Below, in pieces: positions 25,250 through 38,019 of a stretch of DNA of 64,000 nt. The stretch lies in assembly GCA_951406725.2 (NCBI GenBank), contig OX597818.1:140616001-140680000 (forward strand), read 5' to 3'. The position numbers and the translations under genes are program-made. The notes beneath the pieces are model-generated. The model made no database searches, was not told the DNA's origin, and worked only from the letters and a program-made list of their open reading frames with translations. Source of the stretch: Octopus vulgaris (Eukaryota). Position 1 is the first letter of the stretch; each line of letters begins with the position of its first letter.

Positions 25250-27300
25250 TTGAGTTTCGAGATAATTTTTTTCTGGTGCTTGTGGGGTACAGAAAATGTG
25301 GGGTACAGTAAATGTAAATTAGGGTGTAGTGAGGGTTGTGATGGAGAGGTGTTGTGAAGAAATTTTATTCATTATATTTTGGATTATATTTTTGTCCAAA
25401 ATTTCTTCATGGGAGTAAAACTTTCTAAACAGGTGTACATATAGATATATAAGTTTATCAGCTGCAGGTCACGGTATTGTTTTTTTGTTTGTTTTTGAAA
25501 GATTAAGTTGATAGGTAAAGTTAAATTTCGTTCTAGTGGATGTGTCCTTATTTTTGTTTTTTATTTATAGTTTTATTGCAGTTAGACCTTTGCTTTGGGA
25601 ACGTAAACTTCATTTGTCCAGTATTTAACAAATTAGCAATAGGATTTATGGTCGTCAGCCATATCATAATGCAGTTTTTAAGGGTTCACAAAGACATATA
25701 TATAAATGGTATGCTGTAATTCCGCCGAGGTCGACTTTGCCTTTCATCCTTTCGGGATCGATTAAATAAGTACCAGTTACGCACTGGGTCGATATAATCG
25801 ACTTAATCCGTTTGTCTGTCCTTGTTTGTCCTCCCTGTGTTTAGCCCCTTGTGGGTAATAAAGAAATAGGTATGCTTTAGCTGGTCAGTAAGTTTTTCAC
25901 TTAGAGGTGATGTTACAATATATTCTGTGTGGAAGGTGTAATTTATTAATCAAGCATGCGGTGTTGTTGTTAGTATACACTTGTGCTTTCATGTTCAAAA
26001 GTGGGTGGGTAGGTGCAAAGGTTGTTGGTCAGTACATTTCTCTCAACGGATTCTTTGTTTCATAAGCAATTTAATTGATATTAATACGTTTATATGTTAT
26101 GAAAGCCGGGTTTGTAGGTTATATGTTTATGAAACTTTCTTCAATTCTATTTCAAACGTGGGTATTTTATGATATAATATTTTAGGCCTATGGGTATATG
26201 TAAAAGTGGGGCACTATAAAAAAAAAATAATTTATAAAGACAGCAATGAAAATAATATCCATTAAAAAAAATTATTTAATTATTTAAATTTGTTAAAATT
26301 AATTACAAAGAAAGAATAACAATTATCTGCACCGAAAAAAAATATTTTTATGTGAGTGCATATAGATTACTCTGCTTGTGTTAGAAAATATTTCAGGGGA
26401 TTTTGGTTGGAGATTGCGACATTTTAAAATAATTCCTAAGTACCTGTTCAGTGTAAATCTGTAAAAATAGTTTTTTATGTACAGCTTAGGAGGGAAAATA
26501 TACAATATAAAAAACAATATTGGTCTGAAATGTTTTAAGATTTTGTTTTTGCATGAAGAGAAAAAATCGCAGTCTCGGTTCAGAATTAGGTCAAAAATTA
26601 TTATACGGTCGGATTCATTGGTACAAAGTGAAAAGGGTTAGTTATTTCAATGATATGATAGTGATTGTTAGACTATTTTCCAAATGAGGCTAAATGGTTC
26701 TTTATATTTTGATGTCCATATATGTATGGATATGTTTGGCTGCGCAAAGTGTGCTTTTGTTGGTGGTTGTATCGTGTCTTGAACTAGTTTGTTTCAGATC
26801 CTATTTATGTAGATTATTGTAGTTGGTTACCGCTGCAATACACAGATTTATTGAGCGACAATTTCCTTCGATAGGGAAGGATAAACGTGTCGTACAACTG
26901 CAATTGTTAATATGATTTACGTTTTCATTTTTAGGAATGCTTAATGGTTATTGGTAGCTACATGTTTTCAAAGTCGTTGATTGCACAATATGACAGTTTT
27001 AGGTTGTGTTTATGTATTAGGTTGTAGTGCTTGTTACTGCAGTGGAAATGCTTTTGTAACATTTTGAAAAATATATTCGCTATTAGTGCTGAGATTTTTA
27101 TGTTGTTAATTCTTTTAATCGACAGTGTAAAGAGTGTGTCATATTTATGACCGGCACATAATGTAATAATTTCGTAATGATACGCTTTTCGTCCGAGATT
27201 TGGGCTGCTATTATTACATCTTACTGCGGAAAATATTAATGAATCTTTATAATTATCACAACATAGCTATGCTGAATTTTTACCTCTCAGCCTTGAATTT
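25250..27300 (-). mobile_element. Decayed Penelope-like (Neptune-type) ORF fragments, partial tandem arrangement
   Basis: GIY-YIG C-terminal remnant (FSLIWKI...SLCTNE...ILNRDCDFFSSCK, ~26550-26710) followed on the minus strand by RT N-terminal remnants (TINPIA, LESFTP); heavily degenerate. Confidence 0.5.
25718..25869 (+). mobile_element. SINE family B (Meta/MESC-like domain), 5'-truncated
   Basis: GACTTTGCCTTTCATCCTTTCGGG..CGAT..AATAAGTACCAG; TSD GGTATGCT. Confidence 0.88.
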
Positions 27301-27777
27301 TAGCATGAAATTAAATAGAATATTAATAATGTTAAACGTGCAGATTCATCCATATATATTGCTTTAGCAGTGCCTGAAATATCAAGACAATATGTTTCGT
27401 TATACACAAATTTCTTCTTCCATATACACATACATAAACATATGATTCACAGATATTTACATGCACAGGCGCACACACGCACACACATACTCACACGCGC
27501 GCTTTTATACATATATAGAGAGAGGGAGAGGAGAGGAGGGAGGTAGGGAGGAGGAAGAGAAATAGAGAGGGAATTGAGTTTGTTGGGATATATTGTCCGA
27601 GAGGGTACCGTATTAGCTCTAGTTAAGTTCCAGTTAAAGGCTAACCACAACGATAGGTATCTAATATCTGTGACTCAAATTAATTGTCAGTCCCTCCGAG
27701 AATTCTTCCGAAAGATAGTTCCGTGTAATCTTCGCTCGACGGTAAAAATTGTCTCCAGCATATATAATTACTAATAA

Positions 27778-27980
27778 TCCTTTCTACTAAATGCAAAAGG
27801 CTTGAAATCTTGGGGATAGCCTCTTGTTGAATACATAGGACTCAGTGTTTCACTGGTACTTAGTTCATAGAGCTCGAAATGATGAAAGACAAAGTCGACC
27901 TCGGCGGAATTTGGACTCAGAACGTAAGGAAGGGCGGAATGATTCAAGCCCGCCGTGCTAACGATTCGGTTAGCTCGCCG
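27778..27980 (-). mobile_element. SINE family B, diverged
   Basis: AAAGTCGACCTCGGCGGAATTTGGACTCAGAACGT homology. Confidence 0.75.
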
Positions 27981-28219
27981 GCGATTTTTCGATTATATTC
28001 ACTTAATCGTTTGTGGTGTTGTGTTAAATTTTAAATTCCATGCGTTGCTATTTTTCCAGCCTTATAATGTAAGGACTATTTATCTATCTAGTATCTTCCT
28101 TTCTATAACTGTTATCTGTTTATCTACATGTCTGTCATCTGTCTGTATCGGCACCCATCCGTTAAAGTTTGTAAATACAATATTTTCTCAATTACTGCGC
28201 TTACATGTATATACATGAA

Positions 28220-28251
<32 letters not shown>

Positions 28252-28719
28252 TGTGTGTGTGTGTGCAATATGTCAAAGCCAAACAAAATGCATATCATAA
28301 AAACATTGTTTTCTGATATGATAAATTTATTAATTAATGTCTCTGTTAATGAGCAAGAAAATTTTATACAAATTACGTCTACATTTGTTCGTATTTGGCA
28401 TTTATATTCTTTGCAAAATCACAGCTCATTAATAATATAATTAGATTTATACAACACTCAAATACTCGTTTCGTAATTATTTTAACGAATCCATCGAGAA
28501 TTGCTGTCCACTCTAATATAATTAGTTTGAGAGAAATATTCGAAAAAACAATTTACGTGGTTTTCATACGCAGCAAATATTAAAATAGATTCTTTTTCAA
28601 ATGATCCATACGAAGAGAAACAAAGAGGTTGAAAGAGAGAGAGAAAGAAAGAGAGAGAGAGAGGGTCATGGACAAAGAGAGTGGGTGAGAAGGAGCAGGA
28701 GAGCGTGATAAGGAAAGGT

Positions 28720-29310
28720 ATTCTTTCTACTCTAGGCACAAGGCCCGAAATTTTGAGGTGGGTGGCAGTCGATTAGATCGACTCCAGTACGCAGTTGGTA
28801 CTTGATTTATCGACCCCAAAAGTATGAAAGGCGAAGTCGATCTCGGCGGAATTTGAACTCAGAACGTAAAGACAGACGAAATACCTATTTCTATTTCTTT
28901 ATTACCCACAAGGGGCTAAACGATGAGGGGACAAACAAGGACAGACATAGGTATTAAGTCGATTACATCGACCCCAGTGCGTAACTGGTACTTAATTTAT
29001 CGACCCCGAAAGGATGAAAGGCAAAGTCGACCTCGGCGGAATTTGAACTCAGAACGTAACGGCAGACGAAATACCTATTTCTTTATTGTATATTTCTTTA
29101 TTACCCACAAGGGGCTAAACACAGAGGGGACAAACAAGGACATACAAAGGGATTAAGTCGATTACATCGACCCCAGTGCGTAACTGGTACTTAATTTATC
29201 GACCCCGAAAGGATGAAAGGCAAAGTCGACCTCGGCGGAATTTGAACTCAGAACGTAACGGCAGACGAAATACCACTAAGCATTTCGCCTGGCGTCCTGA
29301 CGTTTCTGCT
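28720..29310 (-). mobile_element. SINE family B tandem trimer
   Basis: Three successive copies of ...GTCGACCTCGGCGGAATTTGAACTCAGAACGTAA...GACGAAATAC, with two different 3' tails. Confidence 0.9.
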
Positions 29311-29416
29311 TTTCATAAGGAAAGATATTGACTCACGTAGTACATGTTAAACTTTGCAGTTAGAATTGCAACCTTAGAAGGGCTGCGAAATATGAGTTGT
29401 TAGCGCTAGGCTCGAA

Positions 29417-29480
29417 TTTCTGGTGTGGGGTGTTTCTGGTGTGGGGTGTTTCTGGTGTGGGGTGTTTCTGGTGTAGGGTG
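29417..29480. repeat. 16-bp tandem repeat x4
   Basis: TTTCTGGTGTGGGGTG x4. Confidence 0.95.
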
Positions 29481-29490
29481 TTTCGGTTCT

Positions 29491-29742
29491 CTACTGTCGG
29501 AATTCCCATCCCGCTATGATGAACTTTGCTTTAAGTTTTAGACATTTTTTAAAGGTTAGATTAAAAGTTCTAATTCCACATGTCGGATATATCCTTGTTA
29601 TATTCTTTCTGAGTCTTTGTATTCCGATTACCACGAAATTGGGGCCAAGTTGTATCGGTATAAGTAGGCCGTTCTCCCTAGATGGCAACGGAGAGGGAAT
29701 AACTGTATGCATGGGAAATTGCCAGTCATCTTCCATATACAT
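29491..29742 (-). mobile_element. Possible Penelope RT-endonuclease linker fragment
   Basis: IPIQLGPNF...RLRKNITRIYPTCGIRTF resembles the LPYxG...L.K.I...YP...R..F linker of PLEs. Confidence 0.35.
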
Positions 29743-30061
29743 GGGCGAAATGGGTCAAAACTGACTGAGGCCCCTAAACTTAAAATATTGAACAGATATT
29801 AATTGTTATGTTTAGCTTTACTATGAAGTAAAGACGGGACTTCATTAAACTCTGTTCCTTATCAATACCATACTTTGCAAAACCAGGTAAAATAAATGAA
29901 AAGACTCTACGTATAGACATATGTAATCACCTTTTGTGGGCAAGAAAGGGAAAAAGGTTCAGCCGGACTGTTTTCAAATATGCATTAGAATAACCTCTTG
30001 AACTGACCGCATTTCTACAGCACATAGCATATTTTTACTAAATGCTTTTACTAAGAACTGT

Positions 30062-30365
30062 GGAGGCGCAATGGCCCAGAGGTTAGGGCAGCGGACTCGC
30101 GGTCGGAGGATCGAGGTTTCGATTCTCAGACCGGGTATCGTGTGTGTTTATTAAGCGAAAACACCTAAATAGCTCCACGAGGATCAAGTAAGGGATGGTG
30201 GCGACCCCTGTTGTACTCTTTCGTCGCAACTTTCTCTCACACTCGCTTCTTGTTTCTTGAGTAACGCTGCGATGGACTGGCGTCCAGTCCAGCTGGGGAG
30301 GACAGATCCGCCACAGAAACCGGGAAACCGGGTCCATGAGCCCGGCTAGGCTTGAAAAAGGCGAC
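30062..30365 (+). mobile_element. SINE family C (head H2, middle M2, tail T1)
   Basis: GGAGGCGCAATGGCCCAGAGGTTAGGGCAGCGGACTCGCGG head as in the 48618-48998 copy; tail as in the 13668 copy. Confidence 0.88.
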
Positions 30366-30640
30366 GTTTATCGTTTACTAAGTACTAAAAGCAGAAGTAC
30401 TTGGCTTACATTAGATATGTACAAAGGAAAGCCGAAATGCCGTAATAGGGGAAGCAATATTGAAAGCAGGTGGTTGTTAGACGTTCTCAATACGTTCGAG
30501 ATTTTAGAAAATATTGGGCGTCATAAATTTATAGTTGGCAGACTCAGAGAAGTTCACCTTTTTGGTTATGTATCACAATGATGTAGAAATTATGAGACAG
30601 TTTTGCAAGGACAAGTACCAGTCTAGAGGATAATGTTCGA

Positions 30641-30871
30641 GGCGGCGAGCTGGCAGAGACGTTAGCACGCCGGGCGAAATGTGTAGCCGTATTTCGTCTG
30701 CCGTTACGTTCTAAGTTCAAATTCCGCCGAGGTCGACTTTGCCTTTCATCCTTTCGGGGTCGATAAATTAAATGCCAGTTACGCACCGGGGTAGATGTAA
30801 TCGACTTAATCCGTTTGTCTGTCCTTGTTTGTCCCCTCTGTGTTTAGCCCCTTGTGGGCAATAAAGAAATA
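30641..30871 (+). mobile_element. SINE family B, full length
   Basis: GGCGGCGAGCTGGCAGA head, B box GTTCAAATTCC; TSD GATAATGTTCGAGG. Confidence 0.93.
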
Positions 30872-30899
30872 GATAATGTTCGAGGGTAATGGAACGGAT

Positions 30900-31650
30900 A
30901 TATTCAAGGCAAGGCTACGAATTTTGTGTTTTTGAGGTCTTCATTAGGATTTAATCACACTCAGTGTGTATGCGAGTGGGATTTTTTAAGCTTAATGGAG
31001 TGGATAAAGAATCTTTTAGAGCGGGTGCCGAGGTGGATGTGCTTTATTGACGTAGACGCAAACAGGGCAGCAAAAATTTATATTTCTGAGTGACTATTGC
31101 TTATGAAGCCAATATGGTTATAAAATTGTAGGGAGGAAGACTCTGAAAATTTAGTAGAGACCCTAAGGGAAATAGGATGGTGGAAAAGCTTGCAATCAAT
31201 GTGATACACGGATGCATAAACATATGTTTTGGGATGGGAGTCTTCTTGGAGTTGTCGTGATGCATAAAAAACCACTCGGTGGAAATATTCAACTTTTCCA
31301 GATGTTTTCGAAAGTAATCTGCACTTTACTAATACAGTGCATCTATATAAGAACATACTGACGTTTGCTTCAGACACCCCCTTTAACACTGAAATACACC
31401 TGGTATAGTCAGTATATAAATTGTTGGCTGCACGCACCAGTTAGATGCTTGTGGTATTGCAGGTGAGGTATTCTGTTGTATGTGAATACGTAATGGGCAA
31501 CTGTGGGTAGCGAATGATCAATTAAAATACAATTATTATAACCTTCTTGTGTATAGTGATATGTAAATGATTTTTAGGTGTAAAAAGGTTGTGTAAACAG
31601 GTTGTATGCAAAAGAAAATAGTATGTGAAAAAATAAATATTTGTAACGCA
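30900..31650 (-). mobile_element. Decayed Penelope-like RT thumb fragment
   Basis: PKTYVYASVYH...ISLRVS resembles the YIHxxSNHP...ISxRIS region of PLE RTs. Confidence 0.4.
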
Positions 31651-32349
31651 TACAATCGTATTTTAGCAGTTAGCATATATTTGAATACGAAATTGAGTGA
31701 CTTTCAAAACCTGCTCTTCTCAAATTGACAGAGCTCCCATTATAATAATTTTCCTTTGCTATGACGCACTTCATTAGGCATTATTAAAAGAAAATGTTCC
31801 TTCTTCAAAAACACTAAGATGAACAGCATTCACTTGATAATTTCTGAACTCCCACATCTCAAAGAATCACCAGAAATATCAAAAAAAGAGAGAAAGCCAT
31901 TGAAACGTTGAAGATCCTTTTAAAGTTTCACTTGAAATAGAGAATTTTCGAAATTTTCGAAATGTTTTCTGTTAAGTTGGTTACACAATATCCAAAGATA
32001 CAGATTTTTTCCAAAAGACATGACCATTAAGAATCAAATGAAGAAGTCATCTTGACTGCTTTATGAGAGGTTCACTCAAAATATAATTATGATTGAACGG
32101 ATTTATGATCAAAAGTATCTGGGCTGTGATTTCAGTGCCATTTTAGAGGTCTCACTGCGATGAGATTGTCAAATGTGTCTTTTATTTTAAGACTGCGATA
32201 AATGGATTCAGGAAATTTCTGCTGCTTCTTCTGAGAGTTGGAGCAGCAACGTAAAAGATTTTTCGTTGTCAAGTAAATGTTAAATTTTATGTGATGAAAA
32301 TTTGGATGAAAATGTGAATTCATATTATATATTAATATTGACAATTCTT

Positions 32350-32575
32350 CTTTTCCTCTCTATGCACAAGGCCCAAAATTTTGGGGGAGGGTGCCAGTCG
32401 ATTAGATCAACATCGGAACACAAGAGATATTTAATTTATCGACCTCGGCGGAATTTCGACTTTGCCTTTCATCCTTTCAGGTCGATAAATTAAGTTCCAG
32501 TTGCGTACTGGGGTCGATCAAATCGACTGGCCCCCCTTCCTCAAAGTATCGGGCCTTGCGAATAGAGTAGAAAAG
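32350..32575. mobile_element. Head-to-head fusion of two SINE-B 3' halves inside one 16-bp TSD
   Basis: AATATTGACAATTCTT at 32334-32349 and 32576-32591; left half on minus, right half on plus, both ending in the AGTAGAAAAGA-type tail. Confidence 0.8.
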
Positions 32576-32764
32576 AATATTGACAATTCTTGTTTTATGT
32601 AACGTTATGATTATCGTTTAATATTTAATTAGGCTTTGAGTACTTTAATTACAATATAAAACATTCAGTTTCCTATTTGGTTTTTCCCTCTTAAATCTTT
32701 GTCGGAAGCTTACTGCATTTTTGCCACTTGACGTATACACAAATATACATCCATAAATAACACA

Positions 32765-32990
32765 TTCTGTGTGTGTATACGTGTGTGTGTGTGTGCGCCT
32801 CTTTTTTGTCCCCCATCTCCGTTTGAAAATCGGTGCTAGTGTGTTTACGTTCCTGTAACTTAGCGGTTCGGCAAAAGTCACTGATAACAGAAGTACTAGG
32901 CTTAAAAAAGAAATCCTGGGATCGATTTGTTCGACTTGAAGGCAGTGCTACGGTATTGCAGCAGTCTAATTACTAAAGCACGTAAAAGAA
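32765..32990 (+). mobile_element. SINE family A 3' half, diverged
   Basis: CTTAGCGGTTCGGCAAAAG...AAGTACTAGGCTT homology. Confidence 0.75.
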
Positions 32991-33519
32991 TATATATATA
33001 TATATACATGATCAACAATGTAAGAGTTTCTAAAATCTATTTAAAATACATATGTTATAGATTTATATATCCTTCAATCCTTTCGATGTGAAATATAAAT
33101 ATATGAAGATATTCTGTTAATATTTTCATACAGAAACTGACATATTACAGGTTTCTTTATGCATCCACATACCACAGCTACTGATCTTATAGGATTGCCC
33201 TCTCGTGCAATTGAAGTTGTTCTCCAACTGAGGCGAATCGTTGTTTATACCAAACAGAAATAAGTGTAATATAAGAATTAGAAAAGTTTGCTCACATGCG
33301 TGCGTAGAGAAGCAACATGTTGGGATATCAATTTTAAAGACACACAGCCACACAGCTTGTGACTGAATTGCTGTCCGTTTTCATTTTGTTTGTGTCTCTC
33401 GAAACACCAAAGACTTTTCCATTTCCCCCGAGCGTTAAACATATATACTTGCTTGTTGTTGAATCCTCTGTCTGCTTTGTTTTCTGTACATTTGAACCCT
33501 ATACAGTATACACTCATAG

Positions 33520-33550
<31 letters not shown>

Positions 33551-33580
33551 TGTATGTATGTATGTATGTATATATATATG

Positions 33581-33628
<48 letters not shown>

Positions 33629-33979
33629 AAACAATAAGGTAGTCAGAATGTTCAATGATTATATATATATATTTTTTTATTTACACTTTGATTACGTATT
33701 TTTAAGCGCTTTCTTCCGTTATCGGATTTATCAAAAAGTGGCTCAAGTTTAGATTTCTTTTTATATATAAAGAATGTTGTGGGGTTTTCCGTGCAAAGGA
33801 GGACAAACAAAAATTTTTTTGAGAACGAGGAGGAGGTAAAGAGGCGTGGTTTTGATTATTGGTATGGTCAGACTTATTTGTTTAGTAATTAGTGCCTTTT
33901 TAACCTGTAGTTTTTGACTTGAAGGTACTGCTCCAGCATTGCAAAAGTCGAATTATTGAAACACGGAAACGAATGTGTG

Positions 33980-34025
<46 letters not shown>

Positions 34026-34039
34026 GATAGATCGGTAGC

Positions 34040-34210
34040 CACTACACACATTTTTTCTCGCCTTGTTTCTCGCCTTGTTTTTTTTTCTGTGTCGCTTTCT
34101 GTAGAAGAGCGTAGGCTCGAAACGTAAAGAAATTTTTTTATTCCTGAGCGTTATACTAATACATGTTTTGTACACCACCTGTCTTCGTTGTTTTTTCGTG
34201 AACGCTTCCT
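34040..34210 (+). mobile_element. PLE-like terminus in (TA)n with variant minimal hammerhead
   Basis: TTT-CTGTAGA-A-GAGCGTAGGCTC-GAAA-CG-TA-AAG at 34096-34129; homologous to 50700-50885. Confidence 0.65.
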
Positions 34211-34231
34211 ATATATATACATATATATATA

Positions 34232-34293
<62 letters not shown>

Positions 34294-34309
34294 AGAGAGA
34301 GAGAGAGAG

Positions 34310-34387
<78 letters not shown>

Positions 34388-34589
34388 CCTTGACTAATTC
34401 AAATACAAAAATTCTTTTTTCCTTCCCCACCTTAACAAGCCACTAATTACTAAACAAACAAGTCTGACCATACCAATACAAAAGCCACGCCTCTTTACAT
34501 TTTCATCTGTGTAAGACATTCCTCAACTTGCCATCGTAGTTTGTGGCATCGGGTGTGCGGTATAATGTGCATATCACCACGCCCAGTTG

Positions 34590-34664
<75 letters not shown>

Positions 34665-34669
<5 letters not shown>

Positions 34670-35100
34670 ATTATGGGGGTTTAGTTCACAGGTGATTTAA
34701 ACGATTAGGTACGCTAGGTAAGTGCTGTAACGGATTACTCGGCTAAAAACGGATTATAGCCGAGACGGTAGTTATGGGACCATTGCAAATTTCTGATACA
34801 GCGGATATATAATTGTTAGACAGGACAGCAAGCATTCAGGCAAAGCAAACATCTCAAGTCATATACAATATTATTAAGAAATTCAAAATCTTACAGCTGT
34901 TTCTGGGATATCCACGAGTATGGAATATTCCGTCATCAGAGACAAATAGGGAAAAAGAGGGGAAGATAAGAACGGTATATATTGATAAGATAACGACATA
35001 GAGGAAGAGAATAAAAGAATAAGGAGATGGAAAGAAAGAAAAAAAAAAGAAGCATCAATGTTCATAGTTCAAATTTCCGAAATAATAGAAACCAGAATAT
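34665..35100 (-). mobile_element. PLE-like terminus abutting (TA)n
   Basis: Contains a canonical hammerhead; 3' end AACCCCCATAATTTAT-(TA)n resembles the other PLE ends in the window. Confidence 0.6.
34888..34943 (-). ncRNA. Type I hammerhead ribozyme, canonical core
   Basis: Minus strand reads GTCT-CTGATGA-CGGAATATTCCATACTCGTGGATATCCCA-GAAA-C-AGCT-G-TA-AGAT; palindromic AGCT loop III; GUA triplet. Confidence 0.8.
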
Positions 35101-35754
35101 GAGTCCTTTGATGCAATCCCGCGTAGATCCATGACCGTAAATCCTTAGGTCCCCTAAGCACTTACCCCGAAAATCTCACTAACTACTGCTCCGAATGGAA
35201 TCTGCTATAATTGCTCTTTGCTTATCAGGATTGCTTCGGTTTTCAAGGTGTTGTTCAATGTAGTTAACGTGAACGTCCACTGACCAAGAAATTTATCTAA
35301 AAGAAATAATTGCATTTTCAGTACATATATGTATTCATTTCTATGCCTCTGCCTGTGATGGATCCTCTCGTCCCTCAAATCTACGCTGCATTTTCTATTT
35401 AAATAAAATACAGTTTTCATCAATACAACCTTCATCTATCACTTTCTTTCATTCATTTTTACTAATTTTCCCCTTTCCATGTTTCCAATACTTGCATACC
35501 AGCCCTTCGAATGCCTACATTGAAAATAGCCCATATATTCATTCATAGAGCAATGATCTGACATCTTACAAGAGGTTTGTGAATGATCCATCATCTTTTG
35601 CTAAATGACATGTATCTATTTCTTGCGAACATTTCGATCCAAAGGGAGTGATTTATGATTATAATTGTAACTACAGTTACTGGATTAAATATAGCCATAG
35701 ATATTGATAATCTTAAAGCTTATGGAGAGATAGCAGCATTCGTGTGAACGGTAT

Positions 35755-35821
<67 letters not shown>

Positions 35822-35929
35822 AGTGTATATGAAGTGCGGTTGGAGAACGAAAAAGACGTAAAACGATTCAAACACAGTTTTGACTGATAAATGAACTCGT
35901 CTATATACTCAGTCATAGACATACACATA

Positions 35930-38010
35930 ATCAATCTTCATAGGACCAATCTTCAGAGGACCCATGTTATTCGATCAAAAGCAGATGTAGGCAATGTTCT
36001 GCAACACTTTGGTCGAATGTTCGGGATGAGTAGTGCGCTGAAATTTAGGATGGTTTTCAGTGACTGCCTCCATGGGCTTCGGCTAAATTCGGCAATAGAG
36101 ACGAATGCTGCCAAAGGCAGGTAACATCCCTGAAAATGGCCATACTTTTACGCACTAGATTTTTATAAAAACTTAGAGATTAATAAAGAAAACTCTGTTA
36201 TTATTATTATTAGTAGGTGAGGAGCCTGACATTTGCAGGTTCTGATCAATTTTGATCAATCGAAAGCTTTCGTTAGCATCGACTATCAATACGTTGCAGC
36301 TGCCCTCGCGGTAGATGGCTTTGATCCCGTTTTTTAGAGCCGGGATCAATGGAATATGAAGCGACAATTGCTTCGTGATCAAAGTAAATTAATCGCACTC
36401 GTATAGCATCGCACGTTTGGTTCGTCACGGTTGCCCGTACTCGCTCCTTCTGTACGTGTTGCCTCTGTGCTTCAAAAGGTATTCCCCGTGATCTAACATG
36501 CGGAACATTCGTGTCAACTTATGCACACGATTAATGATGTCGGAAATATCGGAAGTCGAGATGATCGGCACTAATGTAAGGGAATACTAAGCAGTGACAG
36601 GAGCAAAGATTAACCACAAGTCAGTGGGCCTGCAACTCCGTACCTAGTGAATCAGGTAGATTCCATCCGAGAGACTTGTAGAGCACTCTACGAAAGGGAC
36701 GATTAAGCGACTCGGAATCTGGGTTGGTCTGGACATTCACCTGGACGAGAACTGGGGGAGGTGGCGAGAAATGGGCAGAGACGAAATATGTATCACCTTC
36801 GTTATCTACTTTCGCCTGACTGTTGTTCGTTGGCCAGCATTGTTGTTGATCAGGTGAAGCGCCTACGCTTCTGCTTTTTTGTGGATTCCACTTGTCCAAC
36901 GGCACATTTCCAATCAGCAGCTATATGGTAGTTGACTAAGCATACTGTAGCTCATGATACGACCATGCACTGACACTGCGACCTTTCTAGCTTTTCCTTC
37001 ACGGCATGTAGCCGTAAGTCAGACAGGAGTTTTCACAGCTCGTTAGCTGAGTTGCATTCCTGGATCAAGCGTTGATCGAGAAAAGGCGCTTGACACCTAG
37101 AGTGTCGACAAGCGCTCAGTCACTGGCCAGTGGGTCAATGCGGTCTGTGGAAGTTCCAACTCAGCGTTGTGTAGGGGATTAGTGGTGGACAAGTGCTATT
37201 AGATACTCCGGGAATCTCTGGACATCAGGTAAGATCAATTGGCCGGTTTTTCCCGGAGAGCTTTCGGGCCGGGGCCTATATATAACTTCCGGAAATCTGT
37301 GGCCTAGTGGTGCTACCGGAGCTCTGTCAATTAGAGACCAGCTCTACAGGCATGGAGTGCTGTTAGACAGACTCGTCTAGGATGCGCATAGAGCGATGAA
37401 ACCGTTCTGCATGCATTCGTCCATTGTCCAAAATATTGCTGATTTGTGGAGTATTGTCTCCTGTAGTACTGTCTTCTGGAGTCGCATCTAGATTGGATCC
37501 AAATGTCTACCGTGTTCATTGTGAAGATGGCTCTATCACCTCCTGTTGGCCGGGAAGAACAGACAGTTATCTTCTGTCTGATGGCTATTGCGAAAGAAGT
37601 AGTGTGACGAACGATGTTCTAAGGACTTTTCCTCTTTGGCCAGGCCCACATCGACTTATTTATTCAAATTACACTTGAAACGGAAATTGAGAGTGAAGAG
37701 AAAATTGCTGCCTATCACTATTTTTGTGAAAACTTGGTGAATGTGTCGAAGATGACCCGTGTGAATGGGCCTTACTCTGTGCTTGCACCTGTAGAAGGAC
37801 TTTAAGGGGAGCGATGCCCGTCTGAGGCGCCGTTGGCCTTCGGGTGTCCAAGATGAGTGGAGTTCCTTGGATGCCCATTGGTGGAACTTGCCTCCCTTTT
37901 GGGGAATTTTATTGTATGAATTTTTATTGCTCACACGCATTACATGTAAATCCTCACTATCTTTTGTGTTGAGATTTGTTTTGTTGGAGCTATTGAGGCC
38001 AATAAAAAGA
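35930..38010 (+). mobile_element. L1/Tx1-like LINE ORF2 relic with (TTA)n tail
   Basis: LINFDQSKAFVSIDYQY (~36240), VRHGCPYSLLLYVL (~36420; QGCPLSPLLY motif), KSVGLQL, FKLHLKRKLRVKR; ends AATAAAAAGAATTATTATTA. Confidence 0.85.
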
Positions 38011-38019
38011 ATTATTATT

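Noticed and set aside
29417-29480. G-quadruplex potential of the 16-bp repeat
   Set aside because: Loops of about 12 nt and no functional context.
29491-29742. MEDDW resembling a glycosyltransferase motif
   Set aside because: No other glycosyltransferase features, and the downstream peptide fits a PLE linker better.
35560-35640. DTCHLAKDDG on the minus strand, resembling the start of a Kunitz domain
   Set aside because: Stop codon shortly after and the remaining cysteine pattern is absent.
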